DNA of 64,000 nucleotides from Microbotryum violaceum. Its lineage: Eukaryota. Numbering within the stretch: position 1 is the stretch's first letter; each line of letters starts with the position of its first letter. The position numbers and the translations under genes are program-made. The stretch covers positions 806,001-870,000 of the forward strand of contig CDLV01000013.1 in the NCBI GenBank assembly GCA_001244265.2. Reading direction: 5' to 3'. Below are positions 49,170 to 61,600 of this stretch, one piece after another. A model generated the notes under the pieces. It ran no database searches. It was not told where the DNA came from and was given only the letters and a program-made list of their open reading frames with translations.

Positions 49170-49564
49170 GCAAAGGAAAACAGACCTCGGACGCTGGTAC
49201 GTCGAGGTTGGGTCTGTGTAGCAAGGTAGCCAAGTCAGTCAACGTGTCCAACAAGGACAGTCGAAAGCAGGAGTACCCTAAGGTAGAGCCTGAAAGGGGG
49301 TGATGTACCTCGGCTCTTTGAGCGAGACGCAGGCGAACAGGAGAGAGGCGCAGCACTGGCAGGTGCAGGCAAAGGGAAAACAGACCTCGGACGCTGGCAC
49401 GTCGAGGGTGGATCTGTGTAGCAGGGTAGCCAAGTCAGTCAACGTGTCCAACAAGGACAGTCGAGAGTAGGAGTACCCTAAGGTAGAGCCTGAAGGTGGG
49501 TGATGTACCTCGGCTCTTTGAGCGAGACGCAGTCGAACCCGAAAGAGGCGCAGCACTGGCAGGT
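49170..49564. repeat. Tandem direct repeat, 2 copies, 200-bp period
   Basis: CAGACCTCGGACGCTGG...GGCGCAGCACTGGCAGGT begins at 49181 and 49381; scattered substitutions. Confidence 0.95.
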
Positions 49565-49776
49565 ATCGCTGGGGGGGGGTCTCCTGTGAGAAGCTCGGAA
49601 CCTGTCAGCCAATTGGCGGCAGGAAGAGTTCAAGGAAGGCCACTGACCTTGGTAGGAGGTGGCAGAGGTACACAGCGATACTGGTACGGCAACGGCAAGC
49701 AGTGGGAACTGAAAGGTGCGGCAGGAGCTGGCTTGGTAAACTCTTGCGCAAGTGCGGCTTACAGACCAGGGCTCGA

Positions 49777-49882
49777 GGCAGGCGTGCGGCGCACGCGCAC
49801 GGCTTATTGCAAGAGGGGCAGGCGTGCGGCGCACGGCTTATTGCAAGAGGGGCAGGTGTGCGAGCACGGCTTACTGCAAGAG
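49777..49882. repeat. Minisatellite, 3 copies of a ~33-40 bp unit
   Basis: Unit approximates GGCAGGCGTGCGGCGCACGGCTTATTGCAAGAGG; third copy is diverged. Confidence 0.9.
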
Positions 49883-50572
49883 GGTAGAGGTCGCGCGCGC
49901 TTGAGTCCTCGGCGTCAAACTCTTGCAGCAAAGGCAGAAAAGACCATCCGGACGTTTTTCGCTCGGACCGAATCGGCGGAGCCCGCGCGCGCGTCAGCCG
50001 TTTCGGTTCTGCTTCGCCGAGGACTCCTCACCTGCACTTACTGCCTGCCTCTTTGCCTATGATTTAACGTGACCATAGTATACATGTAACGTACAACGAG
50101 AGGTAAGATCGATTGCGGTCACTCTGCGAAGCAGTAAGCTAGCTACAGTGAGATCTACGAACCCCCAGGTTCATTGAGGGGGTAATTGCTCCTCAACGAG
50201 CAGTGACGGCATCACCTCCAGAGCTCTAACGAAGGGACGTTGATCCTCGATGCCGACACGCGAATAACTTCACCAACTCTTGGCTACTGAGAACAACTGA
50301 ACGCATGCGCTCAGCGTGATCTATATGCCGTCAGATTCGACGTCGAAAGGCAGCCGATAATGATAGACTGGTGGCCTTGCCTACGTACCGCAAGGATTGC
50401 TCACGATCTTCGATTTGTCCCTCAAAGCATCGAGCGGCCTAGCAAGGGATTCAAACTCGAGAGGCTCGTCTGTCGACCATGAAAGCTGTTTAAGCTAAAT
50501 CCGGGTGCATTGGCTGGTTTGTCCAAGAGGGGTGCCATTCGCTCAAATCATCGTCAAAGAGATCGATATCCG

Positions 50573-50719
50573 GACCTCTACGTTTCGTCAAAGCAAGCCG
50601 TGCCGAGAATGTAGGATATTGGCGATGATGGCACAGACGACGTCGACCTCCACGTTTCGTCAAAGCAAGCCGTGCCGAGAATGTAGGATATTGGCGATGA
50701 TGGCACAGACGACGTCGAC
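50573..50719. repeat. Tandem direct repeat, 2 copies, 72-bp period
   Basis: GACCTCYACGTTTCGTCAAAGCAAGCCGTGCCGAGAATGTAGGATATTGGCGATGATGGCACAGACGACGTC at 50573 and 50645, one mismatch. Confidence 0.95.
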
Positions 50720-52624
50720 GCGACGTGGCGGGGAAGGCAATAGACGCGCGCACTCGAACGTTCGAACGCCTCGTTCAACCAGCCAATAGGTCATTTTTCA
50801 TAAAAATGGACGGTTAAAAGCAAGTCGATCAGAGTAATTGTAGATTTAAGAACAAATGTTGGAAGTGCAAAATATCTATCAATTAGAGCCGTTGTTGTGA
50901 ATTCGGTACAGCCCAGAATGTTTCGCGCGCGCTCCCGCCGCTCTTGAGGGTCGAAAACTTTGGGTTTCCAAGCCGAATGTGGCCGAAATGGGTCCGGATT
51001 TGTCCACTGAAACCTACGGGCCTAGGACCCCACCCACACCGGCTCACCATGATTTGTCCACCCCCGTCTACGCGCCTTGGCGATTTTGGCCCATCTGAGG
51101 CCCAAACTTTGTCCAGTCGGACGCCACGCGCCTCAGGCCGGGCTTTCGGGGGTCCTTCCCTGCAGTGCTCGTCCTCGCTCGTCACTCGCTCGTCGCCCCC
51201 CCCCGACGCCTGCCGACGCGGCACGTCCCAGGTGGCGACGAGTGTTCCTGAGCCGAATGCTTCGCCTTGCACCCTGTCTAAAATTTTGGTTTCAGGCAGT
51301 CAAGGGTCGAAGCAATGCTTAAGCTAAGTACTGCCCAGTCTCAGAGTTACCTTAGGTAGGTACGTAAATACCATTTTCATTTGCAGAGGAGATGAAATTT
51401 CATATACATAGGCGGTCTCGCGCACCTCCGGAGCCCGGGTCGTGCCTGGCCGGCCAGCTGGGCCTCGAACTTTTAGGGGACCTACACCTCCATTCGCCCA
51501 TCTGTCTGAAACAGAATTAGGTAGCTAACTACTTACAATCCTACCGGCCTACCACTACCAAATTAAATGGCTACTTAATACCCCCGCTAGCTCTTCGTAT
51601 TCTGGGTCTCAGCTTATCGAAGCGTTCCAAGGGCGTGAATTCCGTGGGTACTCGGTATTTCGGGAATTGGCAAGCTGATTACCTAGAACTATAACCGAGA
51701 AACGATAAGTAGGCAATCTACCAATTGTGCGGTCGATTGGGCGACGTAATGTCTCACCAATTCCAGTGCCCCCCTGTCTTAACATTTGCTCCGATTCGAC
51801 GCTCTGCCACTTATTAGATCCCGAGCCACGCGGCGGCGGCACCTCGGAGGAAAAACAGGAGAGGCAAGGCACGACACCCTCGGCTCGACCGCTAGTCTCA
51901 TGCGGCCAGAACAACCTACAAAGACGCCTGTTCATCTTGGACGACGTAAACCATTTCTTCTGCCTGCCATCAACGAGCTTTAAGCTGAGCGAGATTTTCG
52001 TCCCAGCCGCCACGAGCTTCAACGATGGAAACGCCGCAAAAGTTTGCTCAGGAAAGCCCAAACCACTACTGCATTTACACCTAAAACCCAACGGAGAAGA
52101 GTGAACCGCCCTCTTTCCATGTTGGATGTTGGACTCAGGTTGACTAAAAAAAACAGCACAAGTACGAGTCACTAGGGCTGCAGTGGCAGTGGCTGCATCG
52201 GCGAAGGCGGCGTCGATCATTGCATGCGCGCGGGCCTCAAAGGTGCGGGCCCCGCTGCCCACATCGGCCAAAACGGAACTAACGGAACGCGAGCTTGTGG
52301 GAGTTGAGGGCGGCGACGACGCGACGACGGGCTGCCGCAGCCTTCCCGCTCACCACCACCACCTTTCGCCCTCGACTAAAGGCAACGATCGCCCGTCGTG
52401 GATCGTTGGCACCTGACTTTCTTTAATCTCACAGGTTCGTCATTTGCTATACGAACAAAGCCTGCCCACCCTCCTCAACCTGCGTGTGTCCAGCTCCGGG
52501 CCCCGTCGACGCCTTTCCGAGATCGAACTCCGTTCGCCCGGCTCGGCGTGCGGTCTGACCTCCCCGCGAGGTGCGACCCAAGCCGACTCGACTGAGCTTG
52601 CTCCAGCCTCGAGCGTTCACCAGC

Positions 52625-55600
52625 ATGTGGAAGAACGACCAGAGTACGAGCTCTGCGGTCCCAGTGCCTCAACAAGCTCGGACCCATGCACCCTTCCGAC
52701 CCCATGAGGAACCATCAAGTATGGGCGAGGTGAGTGCACGACGTCAATTGGTACGCTGTATGCCGGAGCCTGGCTTTTGTTTCGCTCGCCCGAGGGAAAA
52801 AAGGGGGACGAACGCGCATGCTTTCAAGTTACAACCTCTTCGAATGCTATCCATCTTTACGGAGGGACTGGCTAAGAAATAAAAAGTTGGGCCGACTGCA
52901 CCGCCCTTGCTCGTTTGCTCTCGCTACAGCAACCCCAGCTCCAACTTGGACTTGCGCCGACGCAAGCCCAGCTGCTAGCAACGGCCGTCTGCGCCCGCGC
53001 GCCCGACCGCCGACTACGCACCGCCCGTGACGCAGATTGCCGGGCGGCCGGAGCCCCAGCCTTTTCTCCCGGATCGGCGAAGTCGAAACCCCGCGTCGTC
53101 AGGGCCACGGCGGCTTAGCCCCACGGGCCACGCGATCTGACTGCCGGTCGCTCCGGACTCCGCACGGCCATCATCCTGGAATTCGTCGCATTCTGGTAGA
53201 CGCCGCAGCAACGAGTACTGACCACGCGATACAACTTTTTTCTTCTTTTTTCTTTTCCTTTTTTCTTTTTTCTTTTTTCTATCTGTCGATCTACTATGTT
53301 GTCCTGATCACTTTAGGATGGGTACCTCCGAAACCAAGACGCTAGCTCGTCGCACTCTGGAGGCTCGAACGAGCCGCTAGCCCGAAGAGGAGCCGCGCCA
53401 GGAGTCGCCGGAGCAGCCGCCGCGGGCGGCGCCACACAACGAAGGGGGGGGTCGCGCCGTGACGTCGACAGTGACACTGGCAGCCCTGAAGACGATAGCA
53501 TCGACTCTGGGTACAAGGCCGGGATGCCGATTGGCTTGCTCGCTGCGCGAGGTGAGTTGTGGCGGTCCCGTCCATCTCTCTGGCTGCGCCTCGTCCTTGA
53601 GGTCCCCGCCGGGGTCGCCGCTCTTTTTAGCGCGCTTGCGAATGCGTGCGCGTGAGCTCTGGACAGAAGGCGGAGACTCGAGGCACCCGTGCACACCTCG
53701 GGGAAGCTCTTATGTTTTCTGTTTTCTGATCACTGGTTTCTGGCCCCTTCACCATCACATGCAGGCACAACCCACGCGAAGAAGCCCATCTTCAAGTCCC
53801 GCAAATTCCTGATACTGTGTCCGATCCTGGGTCTCGCGACGCTCGTCGTGAGTGACCGCGCCGCACCTTGACGCTTCGATGCAGTGGCCTTGCGACATAC
53901 TCTGATGATTGCACTCTTGTCAAACAATACTGTTCTCTCCACAAACAGATCGGCATTGTGCTCTTGGTCTTCCCCATCTTGAAGGCTGTCGCCAAACACA
54001 CGCTTTCCGTCGCCGTGCTCGGCGTGACTTCGTCCAACATCACCAACGCGGGCAACGATTCATTCACACTCACGCTCGAGGGTCAGGTGCGCAAGGTCGG
54101 TGTCTTCCCCGCCCAGATCTATTTCCGTGAACCCGTCTACGTCCACTGGATCGCGCCCGAGAACCTCACCCAAGAGCTGCAGATTGGTCACTTCCAACTG
54201 AACCGCATCGGCGTCGCCGCCGGCCACGGTCGCATCAAGCAGCAAACCACTTTTGTCATTGACGATGTCCCCGGATTTTCGCGCTTCGCACAATACCTCA
54301 TCACCCAGGACGAATTTACGTGGCGCCTGAAGAGTAACAATGTGGAGGCCAAGGCCTTTGGCTTCATCCCCGCCCGCAATCTTGCCTTCGTCAAGGATCT
54401 GACTCTGAAGGCGATGGCCAACATGACCGACGTGTCGATCACCGATTTCCAGATCCCCGGAGACGATCCTGCTGGCGGCGTGTCCATTTCAGTTATCACC
54501 AAGTTCACCAACCCGTCTGCTTTTGGTGTCGGACTCGGCATCCTCAGCGTCGACCTCTACTACGGCGATCTGTACCTGGGTCCAGCTTCGACGGCGACAG
54601 AGACCAACTTGACGGCTGGTGCAAACACCGTTCACTTGGTCGGTCGTTTAGTGCCCTACGCCGATGATCCGGTGGCCCTGCAGAAATTGTCGCAGGTCTT
54701 CTCCAACTACATCAACGGCGATGCTACCCCAGTTGTGGCTCGCGGCGCCAAGGTCGCTTTGCCCGGCGGCAACGTCGTTGGCTGGCTAACCACGGGTGTG
54801 AGCGCGCTGGTACTCAACGTGCCCCTTACGTCGCCGACGGGACCCATCCGGCCGATCACCGGTATCACGATTCAGCAGCTGTCGCTCGCTTTCGACCCAA
54901 CGGCGCCGTATTCTCCTCAAGCCAACTCGAGCGCCGTCTCAGCGACGTTTGCCTTGCCCTTCGGCTTCTCGCTCAACATCGTCCAGCTCGCCAACAAGTT
55001 TGCGATTGTCGAGAACCGCACTGCCGTTGCAAGTCTGTCCTCTCCGATGGGCGCGGCTAACACCAGGATCCTCGTCCAAAACTCGGGTCAGACCTCGGGG
55101 GACATTTCACTCAATTTGCCGCTTGCGCCTCTGGAGATTGGGAGCAGCGTCAGCGAGCACTTGACGTTCGATCAGTTCACGTACGACCTGACGACTGGGA
55201 ACGGGTCCGCGTTCTACTTGCTCGGTAGCACGGACGCCGTGACCGACACGCCCCTCGGCCAAGTTTTGCTCAAGAACATCGCCTTCACTGTCCCAGCGGG
55301 CCTCATCGGTCTCTCAAGCCTCTCCACATTCCCGACCTTGATTCGCAATGTCGATGTCTTGGGTGGCACCAAGGATGCGATCCTGCTGAACATCACCGTC
55401 GGCTTGACCAACCCCTCCAACTTGGACCTCAAGGTCGGCAACGTCACGTTCCAATTATTCAACAATGGCTCATTCGTCGGCACGACGGTTTTGCCCGACT
55501 TACATCTCACCCCGGGCTACCAAGAACACGGCGCGATCGGCTACTTCCAGGCCAACAACAATCCTGTCGGGCTCAATACGCTCAACACCTTCGTCGCCGG

Positions 55601-58600
55601 TACCGACAACGAGCTCCAAATCAGTGGTTTCAATGGTTCGACCGCGGTCGAAAGTCTGACTCAGGCGTTCATGGCGCTCAAGCTTAACGCGACCCTGCCC
55701 GGTCTGCAAACCAGGTTGCTCGAGTCGGCTGCGGTGACCATATTGCCGACGACCGGTGTCACGAGCAACTTGGCCAATGCGGTCGTGAACCTCAACAACC
55801 CCTTCACCTCGGGATTGACGGTCACGAACATCCAGTCAAACGTCACCGCGTACGGAGTCTTCATCGGTTCGATCGTAACGGACACAAACTTTGCCGCCGC
55901 TGGTAAAGCTGTCACGCAATCCCCGACCCTCGGACTGTGAGTTGGCTAGTTAAAGGCAACCTCGCTCGTTCTTATGCGGCACCAAAAATTGACCGACTTA
56001 TCTCTTTACCTTCTTCATCCTACATGCAGGGACATGAACTTGTACCCTCCTGACATCTTTGGTCTGCTCCGTGCGCTTGCCGTTACTGCGGGTTTGCCAA
56101 CCGAGCAGCTCGATGGTATCGTCGGCCTCGCTGGCTACACCCTCACTCCGACCACCGCCGACGCCGCCGGCTCGCCCACCACTGCCAACGTCACCGGCTC
56201 GGCCAAACGCTCCCTTGATCCCAAGATCGAGGCGTTCTGGAAGCATACTCTTGACAAGCGAGCGAACATCTACACTGGGTCAGTTCAAGTCGATCGATGC
56301 TCGAACTGCCGCTCATTTGCTCACATTGTGGTTCCTCCTCGCCTCCCATAGCTTTGACCTGCCTTCATTCGTCTTGGCTGCGTTCAAAACTCTCGTCGTC
56401 AACGTCGAGCTTGCCGCCTCGACGACGCTCGGCGAATACGTAACCAAACTCAGCTTTACGCAAAAGAATGTCCCAGCCGTCACCGACTCGAGCTTAACAA
56501 TGCTGTTACCAGTCCTGGCTCGCCCGATCGTACAAAAGATTGTCGACGAAGCTATCCTCGCCATCACGACGGTGACCATCGCGAACCCTAGCAACACTGC
56601 ATTCACGGCCGGTCTCGTTGGTGCCATCAACAACGCCGGTCCTTTCGACGCTGTCATTGCATTCACGTCTGGTCTGACGGTTGCGTGGAACGGCACCCCG
56701 CTCGGTCAGATCGCCATGCCCAACGTCTCCCTCACCGGAGACGTCGGCGCATCGCTTGCTCTCTCGGCGACGTTTGCCGTCGCGGATCTCAACCATCTCA
56801 CCGACTTCACGGGTTACCTGCTCACCGAGCCCTCGTTCACGTGGCAGATCTACGGTCAAAATCTCACCGTCGCTGCCCTCGGTATTCAGGTCGGCGGCAT
56901 CTCGATCATGAAGACAGTGGTTCTCGACGGTATGAACGGCTTCAAGAACAACGTTCTTATTGAGAGCTTCGACTTGCCTGCCAACGACCCCGCTGGGGGT
57001 GTCGCATTGACGTTGCAAACGAGCTTGACCAACCCGTCATCCGTCGGTGTGGACCTCTCCAGCATCGGCTTTATCAACTCGTTCGGTTCGACCATCATCG
57101 GCCCCGCGGGTGCGACGAGCGCATTCTCGCTCAAGCCCAAATCGACGATCCAGTTACCCCTGTCGGGTCGACTCATCCCCCAAACGACCGCTCAAGGACT
57201 CGCCGACGTCTCGAGCATCTTCAACGGCTTCATCCATGGGGTCCCGTCCGATCTTGTCGTTGCAGGTGACTCTGCTGGTCCTGCCGATTGTACGTGGCTC
57301 AACCAAGGCATCAAGAAGCTCAAGATCGCAGTCGTACTCCCTGCGGTCGCCAACTTGCAGATCATCAAAGCTATCAACATCAACTCGCTCACTCTCATGT
57401 TTAACCAGTCCGATCCGTGGAACCCGCTCTTCACCACGACGGATACCCAGGCTGGTTTCGGGCTCCCCTTCGCATTTCCTATCGACATCACTCACTTGGC
57501 TACGACCATCACGGCCAAAACCGGCGCCAGCGGAAGCCGTCTCGCTAAACGCGACGCTGGGGACTTCGCGACGCTCGCCGTCCCTTCGGGTCCCGTCAAA
57601 ACGAACGTGGAAACTCGGGAGATCGCGCTCACCTTCGCCAACGTGCCTTTCAAGTCGATGGACAACTCGGCCTACTCGGGCTTCCTCACCCAGACCACCG
57701 ATTCGCCGCAAGTTCAACTCGGCCTTCACGGTAGTGCTGACACGACCGCGTCTACGGCCATCGGTGCGCTCAACCTTGCCGGCATCGATTTTGAAGTTTC
57801 GTCTCCCTTGCTCGGTCTCCAGGGCCTGAACGCGCAACCGACCACCGTGTCGGATCTTGATGTGTTCCGTGGCTACACCGACTACTTACAGATTAACGTC
57901 AAGGCGCGCTTGTACAACCCGTCCAACATCACGATCGGCACCGGAAACGTGGCTTTCGGTCTACAATTCCAAGGGCAGATCATCGGTACGGCCAATATTG
58001 ACAACCTTGTGCTCGTCCCGGGCGAGAACATCGTCGCCACGGCCGTCCACTATCAACCAAGTGGCGGTGCTTCCACGGCTGCGGGTCAGCAGCTGCTCCA
58101 GAACTACATCCAAAATGTCCAGTCGGCGACCATCATCCTCGGTACCGATACGACCACGCCGATCGCGTCACTTCAGGCCGCTCTCAAAACGATCGCTTTG
58201 AACACTCAAATTCCCGCCCTGGACCAATTGCTGATCACGAAGGCGGCGATCACGTTCCCTATGAACATTGGTCAAGCCGGCGTGACGTCCAACGCCAAAG
58301 TCACGCTCGCCAACCCCTTCACGGCTTCGATCAACATCATCAACGTCGTCACCAATGCCTCGTACAATGGCATCATTCTCGGCGCAGTCAACGCCCAAAA
58401 CCTGAACCCGCGCATCTCGGCGCCTGGCCACACCACGATTGTCTCTCAGGATCTGCCATTCACGCTCAACACGGATGTCAAGTTTTTGATCCGGTTTATC
58501 GAAGCTGCTGCCGCTGCTAATAATGTCAATCTCGGGCCTCTTCGTAAGTCGGACCGCTTCGCAGAGTCGGCGTTGGACAAAGGTATGCTAACCAGTGGAC

Positions 58601-61600
58601 CGTTGCCGCTTCTCAGTGCCCCAGTTTGCGTACGTACTCGGCCTTTCGGACACGTCAACAAGTGTCACGGCTTCGGTCAACCCCAACCCCGAGTCATGCG
58701 CGCCAACGGGCACGACCAAAGCCGTCCAGGGGCTGATCTTGGCGGCTGTCGCAAATCTCAAGACCGATTTGGCCATCTCGGCCTTCACAGCTCTCGATCA
58801 GTACCAGACCGGTCTTAACTTTGTGCAAAAGCAGGTTCCGACTGTCTTGGACGACTCGGTGTTGCACCTCACCGGCATCATCGGAGCTCCTATCGTCTCG
58901 AACATTGTCGGACAGGCCCAACTCGCCTTCGTGTCCGGTGACGTCGACAACATTACCGACAAAGGTTTCACGGTCGCACTCAAGGGCAGCTTGACCGACG
59001 CTGGACCCTTCGATGCCCTGATCTCATTCCCTGAGGGAGTTCAGGTGATTTTCCAAGGAAATTACATCGCCGACATCGCTCTGCCCGACATTTGCTCGCC
59101 CGGCTCGACGAACGTGCCCAATTTGCAGACCACGGGTACACTCACCATCCGGGATCTCGGCAAATTCACCGACTTTGCCACTTACCTGTTGCTGAACCCA
59201 AGCTTCACTTGGACTAGTCAGTGCCCTTGACGTTCCCCTTGCTCCTGCTCTAGCCGGTGCCTTGTACTGATTCGTCTCCTCCCCGCTTGACTTTTTCCAT
59301 AGTCACGACCAAGAAGTTGCGCGTGTACGCTTTGCAGACTATCTTCGACAACGTTACGCTCACCAAGAACATTACCTTCTCGGCCTTCAACGGCCTTCCC
59401 GGTGTCACGATCGTCAACCCGGACTTCCCCTCAGACGTCCAGGATGGCATCGCCCTTGTTACGGAAACCGCCATTCCCAGTCAGTCGAACCTCGGCGTCA
59501 ACCTCGGCACCGTCAACTTTAAGGCCTATTTTGAGGGTGAGCTCGTCGGCCCCATCCAAGGAAACAACCTCGATCTCGCGCCTTCGACGACGACGACTAC
59601 GAAGTTGACGGGGACGATCGTGAAACGTACCTCTTCGACGAGCACGTCCTCTCTGGGTCACCTGTTTTCGGGCTTCTTGGCTGGCCTCAACCAGACCTTG
59701 CAAGTCAAGGGAGACTCGGTCATCTCACCAGCTCAGCCGAACAAGGCCGTGAATTGGCTGAGCGCTGCGTTCCAGCAGTTGACGTTGCAGGTCGTGCTGC
59801 CAGGCAAGATCTTCCCGGACATTATCTCTTCGATCACGCTTCAGGATCTGACGGTCCGTATCACGGAACAAGATGCGGCCTACAACGTTCCGTCGCGCAA
59901 CAACGAGACCGATGTCGTCTACAAGTGAGTCCTCTTTCTCCTCGCCCCCCGCGCCTTGCTTCGGGGTCGTGGACTCCTCAGCTTGAACGGCGCTTACACT
60001 AATTGTATGTCTTCCAATCGGTCAACAGGAATCCTTTCGGCTTCTCGCTCACTGCCAAGCAAGCTGGCGGCTCGTTCTACATCAATTGGCAAGGCGTCCA
60101 AACGGCTCTCTTGACATTACCGGTCGCCAACGCTGTCCGCGCCGAGACTTCGACCGGGCAGCCTGCCAACCTCGTCATCGACTTCAAGCAAGACCGGTTT
60201 ATCAAGAGTCTTGACGACACTTCTTTCCGCTCCTTCTTTGATGCCGTCACGAACACCGCGAGCGTCACATTTGGTCTCAACGGGGCGGCGACGGTCATTG
60301 CTGGCACGAACGCGGGAGATATTCCCATCACGGGCATCCCTTTCAACGTTCAAACGTCTCTGCGAGGTATCGAATCCCTCAACGCACGCCCTACTGTCGT
60401 GTCGGATTTGGTGGTCTACCAAGGCTTCCCGATGTACCTCCAGATCAACGCCGACGCGGCGCTCTACAACCCGTCGAATGTGACCGTGATCACCAACGAC
60501 GTCACGTTCGGTCTGTCGTTCATGGATCAGATCATTGGTTCCGTAGTAATCGGTGATTTGTTACTCATTCCGGGTACCAACAACCTTGGAACCGAGGTGC
60601 GCTACATGCCACAAACGGCTGCTCAGGTCGTGGCTGGCATGGAGCTGCTGGCCAACTTCATCGAAGGCAATGTCTCGGACGTGATCATTGCCGGCACGAG
60701 CACGACAACCCCCTACGGCTCGCTCAGTGAAGCGCTCGGTAAGATTCAGATTAAGGCGTCGATTCCGCCCATTCACCAGAACATCATCACCCGCGCGGAC
60801 CTGAGCTTCCCGACCAACATTGGCGAAGGCAATGTCTCGTCTCAAGCGACGTTCGGCCTGAGCAACCCGTTCCGAGTGTCAATCAATCTTGTCAGCGTGG
60901 TGGCCAATGCCTCGTACAAGGGTATCTACCTTGGTCAAATCAATCAACAGCCTCTTCCTACGGTCATCACGGCGAAGGGCTTCCAGAATCTCACCTCGTA
61001 TAAGTTGCCGTTCAACCTCAATCTCGATCCGCGCTTCCTCGCCAAGTTTGTCGAGTTCGCCGCGGCCAACAATGGCGTGGACCTTGGAATCCTGAGTAGG
61101 TCTCATTTTGACATATTTGATGCCGGTGTTTCCTTAGAGTCGGTCTGATCACTGACACCGCTTATTACGATCTCGTGCGAACTCCGTAGAGCCGGCGCTG
61201 GACTACGTCATCGGGCTTTCTGACGCCCAGCTCAACACGGCAGCCGTCACCGCTATCACATCCAAGGTCAACACGGCCGATGAGACATGTCAACCCACCG
61301 GGACCACCAAATCAGTGCAAGAGACGATTCTCAAGGCCGTTGCAAACCTCCAGACCGATTTGAGTGTTCTCTCAAACACGCGTCTTGATCAATACGCCAC
61401 TGGTGTGTATTCAGCGGCCGGGCCGGGCCTTTCGACCTGAAGTTGAAGCTGACGCTGTCAAAATGTCCGTTCGCTTGCGATATACAGACTTGCAATTCGT
61501 CCAAAAGAATGTTCCCACCTACTTGGACGACTCGGTATTGTATCTCACCGGTATTCTTGGTCGTCCGATCGTCGCCAACATTGTCGATCAGACGACGTTG

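Larger units (their letters stand above)
48649..51153. mobile_element. Putative non-autonomous or decayed DNA transposon with imperfect terminal inverted repeats and subterminal motifs
   Basis: Left ACCCATGAAAGCCCAGTCTGAGGCGCGTAG versus reverse complement of right end ACCCCCGAAAGCCCGGCCTGAGGCGCGTGG; shared motifs TTTGTCCA, CTACGCGCCT and AAAATCGC at both ends; no transposase ORF or clean TSD seen. Confidence 0.4.

Noticed and set aside
49170-50719. CRISPR-like array
   Set aside because: Repeats are contiguous tandem copies with no unique spacers, the context is eukaryotic, and no cas genes are present.
51609-52271. 220-codon minus-strand ORF
   Set aside because: No recognisable domain or convincing exon structure; may be a decayed gene or transposon fragment but cannot be supported.
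53236-53280. Long T/C tract as a terminator or retro-element tail
   Set aside because: Sits between branch point ACTGAC (~53217) and the TAG acceptor at ~53316; it is an ordinary, if long, polypyrimidine tract.
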